From assembly GCA_037443205.1 (NCBI GenBank), contig JBBIOU010000010.1, forward strand, positions 11,879 through 75,878: a DNA stretch of 64,000 bases, in the 5' to 3' direction. The notes below the pieces were generated by a model. That model searched no databases. It was not told the DNA's origin and saw only the letters and a list, made by a program, of their open reading frames with translations. This stretch comes from Flavobacteriales bacterium. GTDB lineage: Bacteria > Bacteroidota > Bacteroidia > Flavobacteriales_D > UBA2798. Position 1 is the first letter of the stretch. Every line of letters starts with the position of its first letter. The translations under genes were made by a program, and so were the position numbers. Positions 58,513 through 64,000 of the stretch are shown here, piece by piece.

Positions 58513-58860
58513 CTATTTATTTAAGTATTTTTCTGCTTCTTCTATTGTATCGCAAATGGTAAAAAGCGTGTTAAGTTTTGTAATTATAAAAAGCTCCTGA
58601 ATTTTTTTTGAAACATTTGATACAACTACTTCGCCACCGGCATTTCGGGCTTTCGTAAGTATATTAACCGTTACATTTAGTCCGCTACTGTTCATATATT
58701 CTATGTTGCCCAAGTGTATTATAAATTTGTTCATGTTATTTTTAATGTATGTATCTACTTCGTTCAGTAAATCGGTAGCCTGGCTTTTTTCCATTAACCT
58801 GCCGGAAAGCATCAGTTTTACGATACCGTTTACGTTCTCTGATTTATAACTGAAACTCAT
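58513..58860 (-). CDS. STAS-domain protein (anti-sigma-factor antagonist family)
   Basis: 115 aa. The YMNSSGLNV segment corresponds to the SpoIIAA/RsbV phospho-serine loop. The ATG overlaps the upstream Fur-family stop (ATGA). Confidence 0.85.
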   Translation of the reverse strand: MSFSYKSENVNGIVKLMLSGRLMEKSQATDLLNEVDTYIKNNMNKFIIHLGNIEYMNSSGLNVTVNILTKARNAGGEVVVSNVSKKIQELFIITKLNTLFTICDTIEEAEKYLNK

Positions 58861-59324
58861 GATTCTTGTTTTTGGGATTTAGTTTTATTTCTGCGTGCAT
58901 AAAAATAAAGTGAATGATGCATTACTTCTACCCCAAATACCTCTTCAATGGTAGATTTAATATGCTGTATTCGGGGATCGCAAAATTCAATTACTTCGCC
59001 AGTGTCTGTACAAATAACGTGATCGTGTTGTTTTTGAGAATATGATTTTTCAAAAAATGCCTGTTGTTGACGACCAAATTGATGTTTGCGTACCAAATCA
59101 CATGCAAGTAAGAGTTCGATGGTATTATATAAAGTGGCACGGCTCACTCTGTATTTTTTATTTTTCATTTTTATATAAAGTGATTCTATATCAAAATGCC
59201 CCGGATAATCATAAATTTCACTTAATATGGTAAATCGTTCGGGGGTTTTTCGATGGCCGTGTTTTTCCAGATAACTTAAAAAAATCTGTTTTACGGTTTC
59301 TTGTATTTCTTCTTTGCTATGCAT
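58857..59324 (-). CDS. Fur-family transcriptional repressor
   Basis: Winged-helix region (R.T..R..IL), the [10 protein letters not shown] recognition helix, and an HDH..C....G......C metal-site region. Confidence 0.85.
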   Translation of the reverse strand: MHSKEEIQETVKQIFLSYLEKHGHRKTPERFTILSEIYDYPGHFDIESLYIKMKNKKYRVSRATLYNTIELLLACDLVRKHQFGRQQQAFFEKSYSQKQHDHVICTDTGEVIEFCDPRIQHIKSTIEEVFGVEVMHHSLYFYARRNKTKSQKQES

Positions 59325-59532
59325 AAATTAACAAGCTGCTAAATTAGAAAAAATGCATTAGATAGTAAAAAATACATTATAAACATACTGTGTATAAGTA
59401 ATTGTATTTCAAAAAGAATATAATATACTAAATTAAACTTACTCATATCTCATTCTTGCCATATAGCCATAAGCTAAATAACAAACACCGAAAAACCGAC
59501 TCAGTTTGCTCCTTACAAAAGTTATAAAGATC

Positions 59533-59556
59533 TCCAAATTTCTACTGAATTTGGGA
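59533..59556 (+). repeat. orphan fragment of the 3' end of the 147-nt element
   Basis: TCCAAATTTCTACTGAATTTGGGA compared with TCCAAATTTCTAATGCTTAATTTGGGT of copy 1. Forms a 7-bp hairpin CCAAATT/AATTTGG. Confidence 0.4.
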
Positions 59557-60543
59557 CTATAGATTATTTAGGGTTGATTTGGCTATTTCAAATTCTGCTA
59601 TCATGCGTTTAATAATGTCGGAACAAGGCAAAACTTCATGAATAAGTTCAACGCTTTGACCGGCACACCATAAAGTTTGATAATTTCCGGGTTTAACGGA
59701 TTTCTCCAGCCTTTTCATGCCTCTAAGCTGAACCAGCATTTTAAAATATTTTTTAGTTTTTGGGTTGGAGGAAAGCAGTTTTTCGAACCAATTTTGCTTG
59801 TACCCTATTTTTTTTGCATAAGGAGTATTAATGATAGTGCAAGGTGTACCGGAAATTTTTTCTGATAATACTATATCGTCTGTTCCTGCAGCTACTATAG
59901 CATTTTTATAATCGTTACTCACTGTAGCTTCAGTGCTGGCTATAAAGCGTGTACCTACTGATACTCCTGCCGCACCTAAAACCAGCATTGACAATATACC
60001 GCTTCCGGTAGCGATGCCGCCTGCTGCAATTACCGGCATATTTTCAAACCTTGCTTTTAATGCCGGTATCAATACCTGTAATGCGTTTTTGCCGGCATGC
60101 CCGCCTGCACCCTGCCCAACTGCAATAAATCCATCGCAACCTAACTCATAACATTTATGTGCATGTTCTATGGTAGTAACATCACAAAATACTTTTGCCC
60201 CATAGCTGTGTGCCTGCCTTATTACCTCAGCAGGGTTTCCTAATGAAGTAATATAAAATGGCACTCGCTTATCAACACAAATTTCTAAATGTTTTTTAAA
60301 ATAAACATTGGTTTTCTGAACAATGATATTCACACCGTATGTACCCTTGTTTATTTGGTTTTTACAAGCATTCAGTTCGTCCAGTATGTTTGACAAATCT
60401 TTTGTATCGCGGTAATTCAGGCTGGGAAAGGCCGCTGCAATACCACTTTGCATACCGGCCATTATCATGGCTTTATTGCTAACCAAAAACATTGGTGCCA
60501 TTATTAGCGGGAAATCAATATTTAATATTTCTTTTAAATTCAA
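59557..60543 (-). CDS. nitronate monooxygenase / FabK-like NAD(P)H-dependent flavin oxidoreductase
   Basis: TIM-barrel NMO pattern: FPLIMAPM, GFIAVGQGAGGH, AAGGIATG. Confidence 0.85.
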   Translation of the reverse strand: MNLKEILNIDFPLIMAPMFLVSNKAMIMAGMQSGIAAAFPSLNYRDTKDLSNILDELNACKNQINKGTYGVNIIVQKTNVYFKKHLEICVDKRVPFYITSLGNPAEVIRQAHSYGAKVFCDVTTIEHAHKCYELGCDGFIAVGQGAGGHAGKNALQVLIPALKARFENMPVIAAGGIATGSGILSMLVLGAAGVSVGTRFIASTEATVSNDYKNAIVAAGTDDIVLSEKISGTPCTIINTPYAKKIGYKQNWFEKLLSSNPKTKKYFKMLVQLRGMKRLEKSVKPGNYQTLWCAGQSVELIHEVLPCSDIIKRMIAEFEIAKSTLNNL

Positions 60544-60618
60544 TTTACGTCCAATAAAACTTCAAATGTAGTTTATTAATTGATATTGTCAGGAAATAAT
60601 GCGTAACTAAATTTTATG

Positions 60619-60626
60619 TACGTTTG
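60619..60626 (+). promoter_or_regulatory. Bacteroidota-type -7 promoter box (TAnnTTTG)
   Basis: TACGTTTG ends 7 nt before the ATG at 60634. Confidence 0.3.
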
Positions 60627-60633
60627 TTATTAG

Positions 60634-61794
60634 ATGAATAAATTGACCCATATTTTATTTTTACCTGCATGGTATCCGCATAAGGAAGACAATATGTATG
60701 GTTTATTTACAAAAAAACATGCCGATGTTTTAAGTAAACAATTTAAGATTAGTGTACTGTATTTTGCTCCGGCACAAAAAAATAATTTTAGCGGGATGCA
60801 AATAATGCGTTCGGGCAATTTGTTTGAATATATCTATTACCCTAAGCATAAAGGAACAAATGTATTTTCAAAACTTTTACGATTCCTGGAGTTTATCAGG
60901 GTAATGCAACATAATTATAAACTCATACAAGATGAAAACGGTAAGCCTGATTTAGCACATGTACATGTACTAACACGCATGGGGTTGATAGCCTATCTGC
61001 TGAAAAAAAAACATGGACTAAACTTTGTAATTACTGAACATTGGTCAAGATATTTGAATTATCCGGGTACCTACAAAGGTTTATTAAGAAAAATTATTAC
61101 AAAGATGGTAGCTTCTCATGCACTCGAAATTACAACAGTTACAAAAAATCTGGCTGATGCCATGCAAAATCATGGCTTAAAAAACAGGTACAGTATTGTA
61201 AACAATGTGGTTGATACGGATTTGTTTCGTATAGCAAATGTTAACAATAAAAAAACAAAAAAAACATTTGTTCATGTTTCTTGTTTTGAAGATAAATCTA
61301 AAAATATTAGCGGGTTGCTGGATGCCATACATATATTAAATCAACAACGAAATGACTTTGAATGTATTTTAATTGGCAGTGGAACAGATTTTAACCAAAT
61401 GATTAAAAAAGCACAAGAATTGTCACTCAATAATGTAGTATTTACCGGATTACTTGAAGGAAAAAAATTATCCGAAACAATTGCATCAGCAAATTTTTTA
61501 GTAGTTAGCAGCCGATATGAAAATTTTCCGGTGGTAATACCCGAAGCATTTGCATGCGGATTACCGGTTGTTGCAACCAATGTAGGCGGAATTGCTGAAT
61601 GGGTAAACAATAGCAATGGTTTATTGGTTGAACCGGATAAAACAGATAAACTGGCAGAAGCCATTCATTATATGTTAGATAATTACGAAAATTTCAACCC
61701 TGAAGAAATACGGAAAATAGCCTTAAACAACTTTTCTACGGAGGCTGTTTTGAAACAATTTATTGAATTATATAAGCGTTATGGGATCGGATAA
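60634..61794 (+). CDS. glycosyltransferase family 4 protein
   Basis: GT-B/GT4 C-terminal signature SRYENFPVVIPEAFACGLPVVATNVGG..E. Confidence 0.85.
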   Translation: MNKLTHILFLPAWYPHKEDNMYGLFTKKHADVLSKQFKISVLYFAPAQKNNFSGMQIMRSGNLFEYIYYPKHKGTNVFSKLLRFLEFIRVMQHNYKLIQDENGKPDLAHVHVLTRMGLIAYLLKKKHGLNFVITEHWSRYLNYPGTYKGLLRKIITKMVASHALEITTVTKNLADAMQNHGLKNRYSIVNNVVDTDLFRIANVNNKKTKKTFVHVSCFEDKSKNISGLLDAIHILNQQRNDFECILIGSGTDFNQMIKKAQELSLNNVVFTGLLEGKKLSETIASANFLVVSSRYENFPVVIPEAFACGLPVVATNVGGIAEWVNNSNGLLVEPDKTDKLAEAIHYMLDNYENFNPEEIRKIALNNFSTEAVLKQFIELYKRYGIG

Positions 61795-63400
61795 ACTGAA
61801 GTATGGCATCATGTGCAACAACAACCATATTGCCCGATGGCAATTAGAAGTTGTTAAAAAACTTCAGCAATCGGGTTTATGCGAATGTATATTGATAATT
61901 AACAATCCCTCTAAAAACATAAAAAAACAAAATTTATTACATAAAATATTTTCAAAAAATTTACTGTATAATTATCTAATCAATCGCTTATTTGCTGTTG
62001 AGGCAGAAAAAAAAACATCTATAACAGGCTTGGCTGATATTCTGACAGTAAATATTATTAAAAAAGGAAAATATACAGAATATTTTAGAGATGAAGATAT
62101 AACCAAAATAAAGTCATATCAATTAGATTTTATTTTGCGTTTTGGTTTCGGTATTATTCGCGGAAATATATTACAAGTTGCTAAATGGGGCATTTGGTCG
62201 TATCACCACGGAGATGAACAAAGATACAGAGGCGGTCCTTTCGGTTTTTGGGAAATTTTCAATCATGAAAAAACCACATCGGTAGTACTTCAAAAACTAA
62301 CCGAAAAATTAGACGCGGGCTATATCCTTTTAAAACGGGAATATAAAACCATATTTCATTCCTGGAAAGAGAGCCGGCAAAAGTTATTAATGTGCAACAT
62401 TGATATGCCTTTGCAACTTATAAATATAATACAGCATAATCCGGATTATTTGTCAGATGTAAAAACATCGCCTGCTGATTCAAAAATATATCGCTTTCCT
62501 ACTAATTATATAATGCTATTATTTCTTTTTAAAATTTTTTTAAATCGTATAAGATTATATTTCAACAACTATTGCCTGACAGAAAAATGGCAGCTTATTT
62601 TGTTGGATAAAAAAGATGATATTACTGATGCCGTTAATAATTATTCTGCAAATAAAAAAATATTAAAAAGTAATAAAAAGAGTGGTTTTTATGCCGATGG
62701 TTTTTTAATAGATGATGAGAACTATGTGTTTGAAAATTATTCATATAAAAATGCCAAAGGATATATTTCGATAATAAATAAACATGGCCAAATTCATAAA
62801 CTTATCGAGAAAGATTATCACCTTGCATATCCTTATGTTTTTAAGTACACGGGTAAAACTTATATATTACCCGAGCAAAGCCATTCGGGTAAATTAGAAT
62901 TGTTTGAATATATAAAAGAAACCCATCAAGTTGCCCCGGTATGCATATTACTTGATTTACCTGCTGTTGATGCGAGTTTATATTATGACGGTAAATTATT
63001 TTGGATATTTTGTGGCATTAAAAACGATTGTCCCAACGAGAAGTTGTTTTTATTTTATTCAAACTCATTAACCGGTACTTATCAAGCACACGCAGCAAAC
63101 CCAGTAAAGGTAAGCCCCGTGGGAGCCCGATGTGCAGGCAATCTATACAATTATCAACAAAAATTAATTCGGCCGGCACAAAGCTGCATTCCACAATATG
63201 GAAGTTACATACTTTTAAACGAAATTACCACTCTTGATACGCATCAATATAAAGAACAAACCATTCAGATAATTAAACCGGAGAGTTTAAATAAAAGATA
63301 TAAAGGCATACACACAATCAGTTTATCTGATAATAAATTGCTGGTAGATGTCAAAAAAAATATTTTCAATCCACTCAGCATATTAAATAAAAAAGTATAG
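61763..63400 (+). CDS. two-domain protein: N-terminal formyltransferase-like domain + C-terminal uncharacterised beta-rich domain
   Basis: The N-terminal half carries SYHHGDEQRYRGGPFGFWEI, resembling the Fmt/PurN HxSLLPxxRG region. The C-terminal half (HLAYPYVF..GKTYILPE..) is not confidently recognised. An alternative start at 61781 would reduce the overlap with the upstream gene. Confidence 0.6.
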   Translation: MNYISVMGSDKLKYGIMCNNNHIARWQLEVVKKLQQSGLCECILIINNPSKNIKKQNLLHKIFSKNLLYNYLINRLFAVEAEKKTSITGLADILTVNIIKKGKYTEYFRDEDITKIKSYQLDFILRFGFGIIRGNILQVAKWGIWSYHHGDEQRYRGGPFGFWEIFNHEKTTSVVLQKLTEKLDAGYILLKREYKTIFHSWKESRQKLLMCNIDMPLQLINIIQHNPDYLSDVKTSPADSKIYRFPTNYIMLLFLFKIFLNRIRLYFNNYCLTEKWQLILLDKKDDITDAVNNYSANKKILKSNKKSGFYADGFLIDDENYVFENYSYKNAKGYISIINKHGQIHKLIEKDYHLAYPYVFKYTGKTYILPEQSHSGKLELFEYIKETHQVAPVCILLDLPAVDASLYYDGKLFWIFCGIKNDCPNEKLFLFYSNSLTGTYQAHAANPVKVSPVGARCAGNLYNYQQKLIRPAQSCIPQYGSYILLNEITTLDTHQYKEQTIQIIKPESLNKRYKGIHTISLSDNKLLVDVKKNIFNPLSILNKKV

Positions 63401-63428
63401 CATTTACATAAATTCATAAAAAAACAAG

Positions 63429-64000
63429 ATGCTAAAAATTGCCTGGAGAAAAGAATATCATTTACCATTACCTGAAGGACATCGTTTTCCGATGGAGAAA
63501 TACACACTACTACCACAACAACTGCTGTATGAAGGAACGATTAACAACAACAACTTATTTGAACCGCAAATAATCACTGAAGAAATAGTTTTATATACAC
63601 ATTGTGCCGATTATTTGAATAAACTCAAAAATTTAACTCTTACCAAACAGGAAGAAAGAAAAATAGGATTTCCGCTTAGTACCGATTTAGTAACCAGAGA
63701 ACTATACATAATGAACGGCACCTTGCAATGTGCCCTGTATGCTTTAAAATACGGAATTTCCATGAATATTGCCGGTGGTACACATCATGCCTTTACCAAT
63801 TGCGGAGAAGGATTTTGTTTGCTTAATGATAATGCAATTGCCGCAAATTATTTATTAAAAAATAATTTAGCATATAGAATACTCATCGTAGATTTGGATG
63901 TACATCAAGGAAATGGTACCGCTGAAATTTTTCAAAACAACAATAAGGTTTTTACCTTTAGTATGCATGGAGAAAAAAACTATCCCCTACACAAAGAAAA
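63429..64000 (+). CDS. histone deacetylase / acetoin-utilisation (HDAC) family deacetylase, 5' part (runs off the window)
   Basis: My own translation from ATG 63429: ..NIAGGTHHAF..GFCLLND..IVDLDVHQGNGT.. (zinc and catalytic motifs of the HDAC family). Not in the ORF track because there is no stop in the window. Confidence 0.85.
   Translation, partial: MLKIAWRKEYHLPLPEGHRFPMEKYTLLPQQLLYEGTINNNNLFEPQIITEEIVLYTHCADYLNKLKNLTLTKQEERKIGFPLSTDLVTRELYIMNGTLQCALYALKYGISMNIAGGTHHAFTNCGEGFCLLNDNAIAANYLLKNNLAYRILIVDLDVHQGNGTAEIFQNNNKVFTFSMHGEKNYPLHKE

Overview
AT-rich, gene-dense chromosomal segment that looks like Bacteroidota. Supporting evidence: one protein carries a type-IX-secretion C-terminal sorting domain, the Bacteroidota -7 promoter box TAnnTTTG recurs just upstream of start codons, there are no Shine-Dalgarno sequences, and the gene content fits (ExbB/ExbD/TonB, OstA-like, LptF/G, TPR-PD40-OmpA envelope proteins). 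About 65 protein genes are supported, almost all housekeeping: hisA/hisF, tatC, miaA, dapD, folC, folE/queD, htpG, priA, purB, purA, nth, maf, envelope and glycan genes, and two Na+/H+ antiporters. There is one tRNA-Val(TAC). I saw no rRNA, CRISPR array, transposase, integrase or recognisable defence genes. Two partial CDSs at the window edges are missing from the ORF track: 3..128 and an HDAC-family gene from 63429. The most unusual signal is non-coding. A 147-nt multi-hairpin element occurs three times (4507-4653 +, 14653-14799 +, 29843-29989 -), always between convergent genes and in sense orientation downstream of a CDS. Compensatory base changes and strand-specific G-U pairs between copies point to a structured RNA, possibly a 3'UTR element. 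I cannot assign it to any family I know. Secondary observations: a translationally coupled Fur-family/STAS pair directly upstream of purA; two tandem paralog pairs of uncharacterised exported proteins; a GT4 / formyltransferase-like fusion / HDAC-like cluster; a strongly C-rich, G-poor tract; and -7 boxes that abut start codons, predicting leaderless or near-leaderless mRNAs. All function calls come from reading motifs in the translations. No database search was run.
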